A stretch of DNA of 64,000 bases from Perna viridis (Eukaryota). Of the stretch, positions 47,142 through 60,214 are shown in pieces. The translations under genes were made by a program, and so were the position numbers. The stretch lies in assembly GCA_037379345.1 (NCBI GenBank), contig CM074514.1:7192001-7256000 (forward strand), given 5' to 3'. The notes beneath the pieces were generated by a model. That model saw nothing but the letters and a program-made list of their open reading frames with translations, was not told the DNA's origin and did not search any database. Every line of letters starts with the position of its first letter. The first letter of the stretch is position 1.

Positions 47142-50100
47142 ATGAGCAATTGGGAGCTAGATCTTAGAAACGAAAAAATGGAAGAGACAATGATCGACTA
47201 ACAAAACGAAAAAATCGAGGATATTAAAAAGGACAAGGCAAAAGCTAAATCGGCCTTCACAAAATTGAGATATAACCTTCTCCAGTTAATCGATGAACCG
47301 GGCGAAATTCCAGATCGTGATATCATCAAAGAAATAAGACAAAAACTAACAGATGCAGAAGAAAATGCTATGAACATTATGCAATTATTATATGACGAAT
47401 ATAAGAAGAGAAACGAAATATTAAATGTACGGAAAACAGCTAATGAACTAGAACAAATGGAATCAGAATTTTCTGAAGCGATAAATGAATGTCAAAACTT
47501 TTTGATAAGTACAAAAGACAGTTCTAGTGTTCCATCGCGTGCATCGAACTATAGAGAAGAAATAGATAGACAAAATGTTCCAGTTACCGACGATAGTGGC
47601 GATAGACGTGAAATTAAAGATGACATTGGACAATTACCAGATCGGATTAATCGTGACATACCAGTTGAAGTTCAAAGTGACAATCGTATCGAAATCGGAA
47701 ATGACATGTGGAAGCAGTTGAAACGAATTGCGATTCCAATATTTTCGGGTGACAAACGAAGTTATGAAGCATGGAGGGCCGCCTTCATGTCGTGTGTGGA
47801 CAAAGCGCCGGCTACACCTGAATATAAACTTTTACAGTTAAGACAATACTTATCAGGAGAAGCATTAAAAGTGGTTGAAAATCTTGGATATTCGGAATCA
47901 GCGTACGTGGCTGCAAAAGACAGATTGGAGCGTAAATATGGAGGTAAACGACGACAGATCGCACGTTATATAGAAGAGTTAGAAACTTTCAAACCAATTC
48001 GAGTGGGAAATTCAAGAGACATTGACAAATTCGCAGATTTAATTGACGTAACTGTTGTGAATCTAAGGGATGCCGGTCGTAGTGAAGAACTTGGTAATGG
48101 ATCGTTATACAATAAATTACAGCAAAAGTTACCCGAGTCTATGCTTGCGCAGTACCATAGATGGGTATTCGAGAAACGGAGACCGGAATCAGTCGAATCG
48201 TTAAGGGAGTGGATAATTCAGGAAGCGGAATTCCAAACTATCGCGAGCGAAACTATCCGAGGATTAGACAACTTGTACAACAATGACGTCAGGCGTCCGA
48301 GACCGGGTACAAACAGAACTTTCGTCAGTAACACTGAAAACACAGATAGAAATGCTCGTAGACGACTATGTAAAGTATGTAATGAGCCGCATGGTGTGTG
48401 GAACTGCGAAATGTTCAAAAGAATGGATTTGCAAAAAAGGTGGAATGTTGCAAAGGAGCATAAACTTTGCTATCGTTGTTTAGGAGATAATCACCTCGGA
48501 CAAAGGTGTCCAAGAAGTAGAACGTGTGGAATCGATGGTTGTAGGGAGCTTCATAATAGAATGTTACATTATGAAAGGATTAACAATTTTAATCAACGCA
48601 GGCGAGTGGACAGTAACAATGTGCACAGACATTCAGAAATATTCAAAAGTGTTACAGAGCCGAACACTGAAGGGGAGCGTCAAAACAGAACGATGATCGC
48701 TAAAGACCGAGAAAAGGTAAATAATGTAATTTTAAGAACTGTACCAGTAATTGTCAGAAGTGGTAATCGAAAGTTGAAAGTGAACGCACTACTCGATGAT
48801 GCTAGTACAAAGACTTATATTAATTCGGATGTAGCCGCAGAGTTAGGTCTCCATGGACAGTTACAAACTATGACAGTAAATGTTTTAAATGATGAATGTG
48901 AATCGTTTGAAACAATGCCAGTTGAATTCGAAATTGAAAGTGTGAATGGCAGAACAAGAAATCGAATCGTAGCTTTCACGACAAACAAGGTGACCGGGAA
49001 TATGAAACCCATAGATTGGCGACAGCACAGTTCTAAGTGGGAACATTTGAAAGGCATACAGTTTCCGGACATAGGTTCGAAGCCTAAAGTTGATATGTTA
49101 ATTGGTTTGGATTATGCCGATTTACATTATTCGTACAAGGATATTCGTGGTAAACCAGGCGAGCCGATAGCAAGATTAACTCCCCTTGGATGGACATGTA
49201 TTGGGAATCCAGACACTGATGACAATCTGACACATTAAAATTACACATACTTCGTCGGAAGTATCAATGAATCAAATGAATACGATTTATTGTTAAAGAA
49301 ATTCTGGGACATTGGACACGTCAAACCTATCGATAAGAATGAGATGTTAAGTGCCGAAGATAAACAAGCTGTCAAAATCGTTGAACAATCAATGTGTTTC
49401 AAAGATGGTCGCTATGAAGTAGCCTTGCCTTGGAAGAGTGACCCTGCTAATTTACCGGACAATTATAATATGGCTTATCGCAGACTTGAGAATACTGAGA
49501 AGAGGTTAATTAAGGATGCGACTGTGAAGAACGATTACGTTAAAACTATTGAAAAGTATCTTGACAAAGGTTACGTCCGTAAAGTGCCAGCTGAAGAAGA
49601 GGTGCCGAAATCGGGAAAATGGTATTTACCGCACTTTCCAGTTGTAAGACCAGACAAGGAAACTACAAAGACAAGGATCGTATTCGACGCGTCTGCAAAG
49701 TGTGAAAATGCATCGTTAAATAGTGTCATTCATCAAGGTCTAAAATTACAGAGGGATTTATTTGGTGTTCTATTGCGATTTAGAAAGAATCCAGTTGCGT
49801 TAGTTTGTGATATTGCTGAAATGTATCTGAGGATAAATATAGCTCCGGTTGATAGGCCATTTCACAGGTTTTTGTGGCGCTCAATGGAATTAAATCGAGA
49901 ACCGGATGAATATGAATTCAATAGTGTTGTCTTCGGAGTTAATTCTTCGCCATTTCAGGCCCAATATGTTGTGCAGAAGCATGCTGAGTGCATGAAAGCG
50001 TCGCATCCGCGAGCTGCGGAAACAGTACTTCATTCGACTTACATGGATGATAGCATGGATTCAGTAATGAATGAACATGAGGGAATATTATTGTATAATC

Positions 50101-52655
50101 AATTGTCTGATTTATGGTGGAAAGCTGGAATGTACGCACGCAAATGGTTATCAAATTCAGAGGCAGTGTTAGATTTTATTCCGAAGGAAGATCGCGCGTC
50201 CGACGTTAATCTTGATGATGGTAGTTTGCCTACTGTGAAAACCTTGGGAATTATGTGGAAAGCGAATGTAGATTTATTCACATTCAAAGCGAATCCTCCA
50301 GGCGAGGACTTTGTGTACAGAAAGCGAAATTTCTTGAGAAAAGTGGCTATGTTATTCGATCCTCTTGGATTTATTTCGCCGTATATAGTGAGAGCTAAAA
50401 TGTTGCTTCAAGAAATGTGGTTAACTGGATATAATTGGGATAATTTACTAGATGAAAATTTAATATGTAAAGCAAAATCTTGGTTTAAAGAGCTAAATGA
50501 TTTGAATCAAATCAAAGTTCAAAGGTGTTTACAAGTTGTGGATCAAAATGAGGAAATTATTCATACTAATATTCATACATTCGTTGATTCGTCTGAAGAA
50601 GGATATGGTGCCGTTTCGTATATGAGAATCGAGTATATGAGTGGATTAATTTCGACAAGGATTATTGCATCGAAATCGAAAGTTGCACCAATTATTGCAG
50701 TTAGTATTCCGAGATTAGAGTTGATGGCTGCTGTTTTAGGATTAAAACTTGCACTTTCCATGGCGGAGCCGCTTAGAATACCGACGGAACAACTTGTGTT
50801 TTGGTCAGATTCTATGGATGTTTTATGGTGGATACGTGGTCGAAGCAGAGACTTCAAGCCGTTTATCGCGAACCGCATTGGAGAGATACACATGGCTTCG
50901 AGTCCAACACAGTGGCGCTACGTACCAACGAAAGAAAACCCCGCGGATCTGGTATCGAGAGGCAGGACTGTTATTCAGCTGAAATCGGACATTATATGGT
51001 GGGAAGGTCCAGACTTTCTATCAAAACAAGAATGTGACTGGCCTGAATGTCGTATTAACAAAGGACTATCGTGCGACAAAGAAGTTAAAAGCGCTAAATC
51101 GGGTGCTAAATTAGAGACTGTCAAGGACAGTGAAATATTTACAATGAAAATTGTGTTTGTATCGGAGAAGGATTGGTGTTTAAATCCAGAACATTATTCG
51201 AGCTGGTTGAGACTCATTCGTGTTCGTTCATGGGTTAACAGATTCGTTGAAAATTGTAGACTTACGCGTGACTTGCGTAGAAAAGGTGGACTTAGTGTAG
51301 ATGAAATTGAAGAGGCAGATACTCAAATCGTGCGCGACGCGCAGAGATGTGAATTTCTAGAGGATTATAATTCAATTATGAAAGAAAAACAGTTACCGTC
51401 GGGCAGTAAACTTCTAAGTTTAAAACCGAAAATCGATGAATATGGACTACTTAGATGTGACGGGCGTCTTGAACATGCAGATTTCTTGCCGTATGACACT
51501 AGGTATCCTATAATACTTCCGAGGAAAAATCGCGTGACAAGACTAATCGTGAAATACTACCACGACAAAGGTAGACATGTGTGCGGGACAAATCAAATAT
51601 TATCCATGATGTCATCTAAATATTGGATTATATCCGCCAGAGAGGAAATACGTGAGTGTGAAAATGAGTGTTATACGTGTCGTAAGAGAAAGGCGAAAAC
51701 AGCAGAGCAAGTAATGGCTCCTTTACCGGACATTCGTTTCAGAACGCCATTACATGCATTTGCGCGTATCGCAGTGGACTATGGTGGTCCGTTTATAACA
51801 GTGCAAGGTCGAGGAAAGAGACGTGAAAAGAGATATTTGTGTTTATTTACGTGCTTGGCATCGAGAGCCGTGCACTTGGAAGTTGCTTTTGGACTAGATA
51901 CTGACTCTTTTCTTAATGCGTTTTATAGAATGGCCAGTAGACGTGGAATGCCACAAGAAGTTGTTTCGGACAATGGAACAAACTTTATCGGTGCAAACAA
52001 GGAATTACAGGAACTAGTTTCACTATTAGATAAAGACAAAATATGTGACAATACGTCGAATAGAGGTGTGAAGTGGCATTTCAATCCTCCTCTCGCGCCT
52101 CACTTTGGAGGCGTACATGAAACGATGATAAAAGCCGCAAAGAACGCAATTTATTCCATATTAGGAAATGCGGACATTACTGACGAAGAGTTGTTAACTG
52201 CATTTATCGGTGCCGAAGCAGTCATTAATTCGCGTCCGCTTACATACCAGTCGGCAGATTCCAGAGATGACTTACCGTTAACGCCTAACCATTTCCTACA
52301 TGGACAAATCGGAGGAGCGTTTGCACCAGAGACCGTTGATACAACTGACTTTAACCCACGTAAACGATGGCGTCGAATCCAGGAATTAGTTAGACATTTC
52401 TGGCAAAGATGGATTAAAGAGTGGCTACCAGTACTAAATAGAAGACATAAATGGACTGAAACTGAAAAGGACTTGAAACCCAATGACATTGTGCTTGTAA
52501 TGAATCCCAATCTTCCACGAGGACATTGGCCGTTAGGCAGAATCATCGAGGTGTACTCAGGAAAGGACAATCATGTTCGAGTCGCCAAAATTAGACTTGG
52601 ACAAACTGTTTTAGTACGACCAATTACCAAACTGTGCCCGTTGGAAGTTAATTGA
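47142..52655 (+). pseudogene. BEL gag-pol polyprotein, single frame with two in-frame TAA stops (47199, 49236)
   Basis: Three Cys/His knuckles; protease ALLDDAS; RT YMDD; RNase H FVDSS/IPRLEL; integrase HHCC, VDYGGP, SDNGTNF, GGVHE; all segments in the same frame. Confidence 0.96.
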
Positions 52656-52817
52656 CTTAAATTTAACGTGCAATAACTATCAAGAAGCAGTGACTTTAAT
52701 TTTCTCCGTTTACATGGACTATCGCTATAGTTATGAATTATAGACTATCGAATATTTTCATTTATTTCGTTTTATTTTTTTATTTTTTTTGTTGTTGTTG
52801 ATTGGCTATGCTCAATC

Positions 52818-52830
52818 AAGAAGGGGAGAA
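52818..52830 (+). promoter_or_regulatory. Polypurine tract aagaaggggagaa
   Basis: Abuts the 3' LTR. Confidence 0.9.
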
Positions 52831-53379
52831 TGTTTAGAAGACAATTATATTTTTTGACTTCAATTTTCATATGTTTTTAGATAACGTTTTTTTTTAATTA
52901 GTTTTATTTCTTTTCACTTTTAATTTTCATTGATAATTTTACATAGAAATCGAATTGTAACCTTAATCTAGTTAATATAAGATAGTCGTTGTTTGTCTGG
53001 TCATCCAGTACTTGGAACTAATTAATTATTTTGATAGCGGTCAGCTGTTTAACATATTTAATGATCTGTATCAGACAGACAATGAGAATGTAAAAGTTCA
53101 AATTGGTAATTTGGGGAGTTACATTTAGGTTAATTGGGTTTATTTGTTCAGATTCGGCACATAATTATGGTCAGTTAGAAGTCAGAGTTCGATCGGTAAA
53201 CATTATATTCAAATATGTGAATGTATATATTATGTAAATAAACGTAGGATTAGAAAGATCGTTTTTAATCGAAATCATGGTCGTAGACAAAAGTTATAGT
53301 GGTCGTCGTCTAGCTTCCCAATTACATAATTGAACAAACAATCGTTAAATCGCTTCCACTGCGCAATCACTCTGCTCCA
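52831..53379 (+). repeat. 3' LTR
   Basis: Direct repeat of the 5' LTR. Confidence 0.97.
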
Positions 53380-53477
53380 GTGGGGATAGCGATCCTTGAT
53401 GGAGAGAAGGTCGCGGATATCGTCTTTCGAAAACCCTTTCTCCAACGCCCGCCGCAGTAGCTGGTAGATGGGCTGCT

Positions 53478-54494
53478 GACGGTACCCCGAAATCTTGGTC
53501 GAGACCTGTCAATCGAGTCGATGAGGCTGCCTATCACCACGATCTTTGCTATGCCAAGCACAGGGATACGGCCGATCTGCGATAAGACGATGCTAGCCTC
53601 CCTCGATACCATCCCCAATCCCACTGCACGTGAGCGCTTTGAGCGTGGTATCAGACCCATCATCGGTACCAAAGCACGATTTGGGCTGGGTGGGGGGAAA
53701 AAAGTACGATGGTCGGATGAGCTAGCCGAAGAGCTGCATAAGCCAGTCCGACGTAAATTTCAGAAACGTCGCGTGGTGGTAGGTGGGGTGGATTACACCT
53801 GGGCTGCCGATCCCTTAGATATGAGCTCCTTCTCCCGCGATAACCGAGGCTTCAAGTATCTCTTGAATTTTATAATCGTGAGGTGAAGGATCTGCTCCTG
53901 AAGCACGATGTCGACCTCTATTCAACCGAGAACGAAGAGAAGTCAAGCCTGGTAGAGCGCTGGAATCGCACCATGAAGGAGAGGATGTTCAAGTACTTCT
54001 CGGCCAATTTCACGCGCACCTATCATCCCGTCCTGAACGATCTCGTCCGCCAGTATAATACCACCAAGCATCGATCTATCAAGATGACCCCTAAGGCTGC
54101 CAGCCAGAAAGAGCATGAGACCAAGGTCTTCTGGAATCTTTACTGAGACCTCCCACCCATGCAGCCGCAGCGATTCGACGTGGGCGATAAGGTCCGGATC
54201 ACCAGGAAGAAGGACACCTTCGAGAAGGGATATACTCCGCGCTGAACTGAGGTCTTTACCATCGCCCAGGCCTTGAGTACTCAACCGCCCACCTATCGTC
54301 TCAAAGACTATGAGGATGAGGAATTCCTGGGATCCTTTTAGGAGCCCGAGCTCCAGCGCACTGACCAGGATATCTATCGCATCGAGAAAGTCTTGCGCCG
54401 GCGGACCCGGGGAGGGGTGAAGGAAATCTACGTCAAGTGGAGAGGCTACCCCAAAGAATTCAACTCCTGGATCAAGGAGTCAGACTTGCAATGA
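53478..54494 (+). pseudogene. PLA2 domain joined to integrase and chromodomain, Polinton B
   Basis: PVNRVDEAAYHHDLCY (parvovirus-type PLA2); KARFGLG; ELAEELHKP; TWAAD; VERWNRTMK; IYRIEKVL...YVKWRGYP..FNSWI. Confidence 0.92.
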
Positions 54495-54499
54495 TCCCA

Positions 54500-55001
54500 A
54501 GCAAGCTTTCAGGTCTCGATCAAGGGAGACCGGAAAGTTTTTGACTATGTATGCTTCAGTTCGACAAAGACCCTTAATGCGTCCAGATCCGCCAGCAGGC
54601 GATCGTAAAGGGCTTTGGTGATAGGTTCGTTGTCGATCTGGGGAAGTGGGAGATTTAGCAGGTGATACTTTTGCATGTCTAGGTCCGCATTCACCTTGTC
54701 ACCGATGGTCGAGACGCAATCTGACTTATCGACTCATCTTCTACGGCGATTAGCTTTTCGGTAAGGTCTTTGATCGATACGTCATACTCCCTCTGCATCC
54801 GCTTGATGGTCATCTGGATCTGCTTACATTCCGAATCTAGCTCGTCGATGTCTTTCATACCATCTTTCAACTGTTGGTTGACCCATCGCTTTGTCACGGC
54901 GTCTGAGCTGTCTCGGGGCAAACCGAGGCTGGTGATCCGATTATCGTTCATATCGTGATCCTGAAGCATTCGCCAGATTCGTGAGATCCAAACTTATGCA
55001 T
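54500..55001 (-). pseudogene. Fibre/spike-like protein remnant with coiled coil
   Basis: Two copies of the DM...I..L..P....D/EA.TK motif: DMNDNRITSLGLPRDSSDAVTK and DMQKYHLLNLPLPQIDNEPITK. Confidence 0.55.
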
Positions 55002-55392
55002 TTATCTATATCCGAAGATCACCTCCTCGAGCTTCTGACCTTCCGATAGGAGCTTCAGTACGTGCAAGCAAAAGTGCCCGCAGACTACGTCTCCTCGCCG
55101 CTGCAGCTCATCGGTATTATATCGAATCTCCGGCCGCAGATAGTTGACCATCTCATCGGGTGGGAGTAGGCCGTAAGGGTCGAAGTAGACTGAGTCCTCC
55201 ACGCTTATGCCAGCACGTCCAGTGCGTGGCGGGGCCATCGCGTACTCGGTGGGTTGGGGTCGGGTGGTAGAGCATCGCGCATGAATACTCCTCTGAATCG
55301 AGGGATGCGTAGGGCCGTGGCAGCTTCCTCGAGCTCTACGTTGGAGAAGGGCTTGTGGTGAGGAGGATGCCGTGCACGCGTATGCTGCTCAT
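55002..55392 (-). pseudogene. Adenain-like protease, Polinton B
   Basis: PFSNVEL...FRGVFMRD.LP, THWTCW, YFDPYG, LQ....VCGHFCL. Confidence 0.9.
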
Positions 55393-55470
55393 TTATCTAG
55401 GGAGGGATGGGCATCTACACCCGTCAGAGTCTACTAAATGTAGGAGAAGAGAGATGGGCATCCGCACCAG

Positions 55471-57700
55471 TCAGAGTCTGTCAAGTGGAGGGAGGGGGGG
55501 AGGGGTGAGGGCGACCACCTCAGCCGTGGGTGATTCGGTAGTGTCCGTGGCGAGGGTGCTGATGCCGTCTGGGTGGATGTGGCGCTTATCGTACTTGGCC
55601 GAGAGATCTACATGTATCTTGTTGTTCTGCTCGGCGTAGATCTGGTGGGATAACATTCATCGGTCGGTGGATCTCCTGCTGGGTGTCGAGGCATCGTTTG
55701 TAGTCCTCGAAGGCGATGCTGCGCTTGATGACGCTCTTGGTGACGCCCTTCGCCTTCTTGTTGGATTTACCGTCGTCCATCTTGAAGGCGTATAGCTTCA
55801 CTCGGAGCCCCATGAATTCGGTCATGGCCTTGCCGCCGCATTCGTCCTTGAACATTCCGCTGATCTTCTTATTCACGCCGGGGGATGCTCCGTCGGGTAG
55901 TTGGATGTATCGAATTTTTCCTGAACGTGTGGCGCGATATCATGTCAGTGTTGGTGAAAAGCAGGCGGGCTTTGTTGCCGTACGTCTTCTTCACGAAATC
56001 GTAGTGGAAGTCGTACTTCAGGAGCTTCGAAATATCCAAGATGCACGATCCAGGTAGACGGGCTTATCGAACTTCAGCTTGGTCTTCTTCATATGGACGG
56101 CTGCCAGATTCTCGGTGAAGATTACTTGAGATTTCGATAGTGGAGAGCATATTTTTCACGCTTGTCTAGATGAGGTACGAGCTTGCGCACCTTGCTGATC
56201 TCCACGTTCTCGGGCGCGAGAGGGTAGTCATTATGGGCGTCGTGAAGATCCTGCGGGTATTGAGGACGCATTCTACCATGGCGCCATGTTCGTGGTCGTC
56301 GGGATACTTAAGAATCTCGTCGACCTCCTCCGGCTCCATCCACTCGAAATCTCCCGCGGGAAGGGGCTGCGCCATCGCCCAACCGTAGAGGTTGTTGGCA
56401 TAGAGATAGGTGAGATATTTGGTGGGCTGGGAGCTAACGTAGTCGGCCATGTAGGGATTGGTAGCCTTGCCGTGGCCTCCTCTGGTTGCCCTCTCGAACA
56501 CCATCAGCATATCCGGATCGGAGAGCAGCTCCAATCTGACCCCGGTGGTTTTGAGGGCGGCGTCGTAGGCTAGCCCGGGGAACGTGAAGATGTGGGCAGG
56601 ATCGAGCATTCCCAAACCGCCTTGAATTTATCGGGCGTAAGATTCTTGGCTAGATTTTCCAGCGAGTTGGGCACGAATTTGCACAAGTGCTTCGGAAGCT
56701 GGAAGCCGCGATATTTCCCGGTGACATGGTAGTGATCCCGTACCTTATCCCATCCCAATTTATCCCCGCAAATGTAGCAGTTCGAGCTTGATGTGAAGCT
56801 ATGCTTATCCTCGTCGCTCATCACCATCGGCTTCTTCTCCTAGCATATCTTGCTGATCGTCTGCACTTCCTTCTCCATGTATTGGACGAACTGTTTTGGC
56901 CGCATCCTCCCCGCAGTAGACGACCGATTCCTTGTATTCGCCGTGGGCATACATCACGCGATAGCAGAAACCTGATGTCCGTTGCCGTCGGTAGGCCTTC
57001 GTGTAGGACTTGGTTGGGTCGGGCTGGCAAGTGTCGAGCTTCTCCGTGAAGCATTCAAAGTCCGCATAGATTACGAATGGGACTCTCATCAGCTTCTTGT
57101 GATTATGGAAGGTTATGATGGATCCTTCTTCCGGCATCTCGATCCTGATGGCATCCTTCTGACTGCAATATTCCATATGCTCGTCCAGGATATCCTGCCT
57201 GGAAAAGTGGCGCAAGCATCTACGGCAGATGCCTCTCGAATTTATCGATTGCTTTGAGGGAGACCGGGATTGATGCCTTTGAATTTTAGCTCGTCCTCCC
57301 ATTTCGCGTATTGGTTCGCCCGGTTGGTATTCTTCTGATCCACCTCCTCGTGATGCAGGGCTGAGAGAATCGCCCACTGGAAGCTGTGATCGTCCTCTTT
57401 TTCCACATTGATGATCGTCTTCTTTTTCGCAAGTGCTGATGGGGTTGGTATGAAGGAACCCCCCTTGAGTGGCTTGAATTGGTCGAGATGGATTTCTAGC
57501 TTATCGATGCTGCTTTAAGTCCATCCACTCCCTTCGTCCATATAACTAGCCATACTTTCCCTGATCTTCCCCATCATGGAGACGATCTCCAATTCGAGGT
57601 TGTCAGATTCCACGATCATTGTCGTTCGTGATCTGAAGGGAGTGGTGATGTAGATATTCTCTCCGGTCACGAAGGAGCACTAAATGCACCTTTAAACCCT
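55471..57700 (-). pseudogene. Protein-primed PolB, Polinton B (with EndoVII-like insert)
   Basis: EGSGW, FQWAILSALH, FVIYADFE (exoI), CYIC...VRDH.H.TGKYRG, YLYANNLYGWAM (motif A), LFTNTD, GMFKDE, DKR...DGI.TLA. Confidence 0.92.
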
Positions 57701-60214
57701 TCTTTCGGGTGAGAGCATCTGAGATGGCGGTGGAGATGGTGCTCGACTTACCTTGAGAAACTTGTGCCTTTATTATTTATCCACCCTCTCGCAAATATTA
57801 TATTTGGTGCATTATTGCAGGCTATCAAGTTTGACACCACCCACCCACTGATTCAAACAAAAAAAAATCAAGTGATTGGTTACAAACTTTTTTATTGTTT
57901 GGACTTATATGATATTTTATAGGTACCTTGACTCCATTTCTAACATTCGCCTGTTTTCTCCGATTCCATCCCCTTAATCGAAAACAGTATGGACAACTTG
58001 AATGGTAGACTATCATCGTCGTCAAATGGAAAGCGATACAATATCATTAACTCACTTAGACACTTCGGCATTTCTGGAGAACCAGAATTGACACGAAAGT
58101 AATTTCGGTAAAGTTTGTTCGCAGTGTAGTCTATTGTTACTACTGTAATGTTTGCATCTTTCATCCTCGTTCTGAATCAATCGAGCGATACAGTACCTGG
58201 GTTGAATGAGGTTCGGGATCTGAATACGATAAATACCCCTGTCAAATAAGTAATCTTTTAACTCCGTTGAAGTAAGATTAATTATGTTATAAAATTCATT
58301 AGAATCAATTATTTTGTTATGAAAAAACAATATTCATCGGGATACCAGAGGACAGGCTATTACACTGGTTCCTGTATACTGAAGATCTTTCGTTTACTTC
58401 GAAAACTGGGGTCCTGCATCTTTTATTGTTCCATTTACACATTTCTCATTTACAATATTATTTATATAACCTTTTGGACATACTGAAATACATGTAGATT
58501 GTAATTGATGGCTTTGTGATACCGATATATCTGTATACTGTTTCAGTTTTCTTGGAGACATTGTAGTTTTGACAGCAGTCTTTTACTCCTCACAAAGTTC
58601 TTCACAATAACAGTACCGAAATGGCTTGTTGGAGCAACTATCATGTACAATACGTAGGTCGTCTTGAAGTATGTTGGGTCTATCAGTCGTTTTGAAAATA
58701 TTCGTTTCTGTAGATATTTCTGGGTGTTGTTTTTCCGCGGATAAAATAATTTGGCTCGTTATTTTCATTTGGTCCTCTCTCTGTCTTTTCCTGGTCGGTT
58801 GGTTGTAGTTTAATTCCTGATGCTCTCTTACTCACTATTCTCCTTGAAAATCCTTTGCAATTATTCAGTTTGTTATGTCTCATAACAACCGTCCCAACAA
58901 CACTGTTGTAATCTTATGACTGCATTGCAAGAAATTGAAGGAAACGATACAAAAAACTTAAACAAGTAACTGAACCCTCATTTCTAAAGTCTTTTTTAAG
59001 TGTCTGAGGTAACAGTGACTTAGAGTCAGGTCCTTCAGATTAAATAAAATGCGAACTTGATCAGCAAACAAACATTATAACTATGTCTCGCTACAAGAAA
59101 AAAAATCCCACTTTTTTCAGTTTAAGACTATTTCGACGCTGTTTTGTCACCTCGAACGAAACTGATAGAAAGACAATAACGCTCTTTGACATTTGGCAAT
59201 GGAGTTACTCACAGATCAATAGCCGAGCATTGTACCTATGGAATGGACGAATGTGTGTATTACTCCAGGTGTCATTTCCATGTAGTAAATCCTGTAATAA
59301 TAAATTACATTGTATTTGCAATGGAACACCAGTAGTCTGTAGAGGTTGTGTTACCCACCTAAGACAAATAAGGTAGCGCTCGTATTAAATTTACTCTTTA
59401 CTTGTTGATATTCCACCTCCATTCCACTTTTAAATAGCCGCTTTATTTTCATACGCAGAATATATAAAAAAAAACTAATTGAGCGTGAAAACTAAGTCAT
59501 TTTTGTGTATTGCATCGACGTTGCGTACGTTTCGTACATTGTTAGTGTCACATTCGATTGAACCGGAGCTTGTTACGCAAACTGATATATTGCTATTAGA
59601 ATGTGGATTTATCAAAGGCAATATAGATATTAAAATGTTCGAAAATGGTTGTTGTTTTAGATCTTTGAAAGATGCCGTTAATTATAGAGGGAAAGCATTA
59701 TTCGATCACAAGAACGTCCAGTTCGATTTTTTTTATCATGTTGACAATATTCTCTATGATTATTTTATTCCAATGTAAAGTCAGATAAATGTTAAATTAC
59801 TCGACAAATGTTAAGTCCTGCATCTGTGCTTGGAGAATGATTAAAAGTAACACGCTCGTCGCAACCAGACAGTTAAGTTATGGATTTCCTGTATAGCATC
59901 ATATAATTGATAAATCTCATCAATATTGTCATATGAATTGAATAGAACCATACATTTATTACTTTACTTCCTATCTACAGAGATTTGATATGGAATAACA
60001 GTAGCATATGTACAAGAATAAAACAAAAACAATTGAAACGAAAAAAAATAACCTACACATACTATATGTTTTCCATACCAAAGTGCACAATTTCTTAATA
60101 ATCAAATATAATGTGGGTTTATCCATATATCTCAAAATGTATGTGGATATTTATTTTGGTGTTCGGCGTAGGTCCACCTGTATGGCAAGCCAAAGTGGAC
60201 AAAAAGCCCTATTT

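Larger units (their letters stand above)
46480..53379 (+). mobile_element. BEL/Pao LTR retrotransposon, full length, recent
   Basis: 549-bp LTRs (TG...CA), 5-bp TSD GTGGG on both sides, PBS, PPT, gag-pol. Confidence 0.98.
42040..57790. mobile_element. Polinton/Maverick B (beta-adintovirus type), GC-rich, multiply deleted; termini not found
   Basis: MCP, penton N-terminus, ATPase, PLA2, integrase, protease and pPolB remnants; abrupt composition shift; boundaries approximate. Confidence 0.9.

Noticed and set aside
49236-49238. Programmed readthrough at the TAA between protease and RT
   Set aside because: BEL elements normally have one ORF, the TAA-A context is poor for readthrough, and a second nonsense codon at 47199 shows decay.
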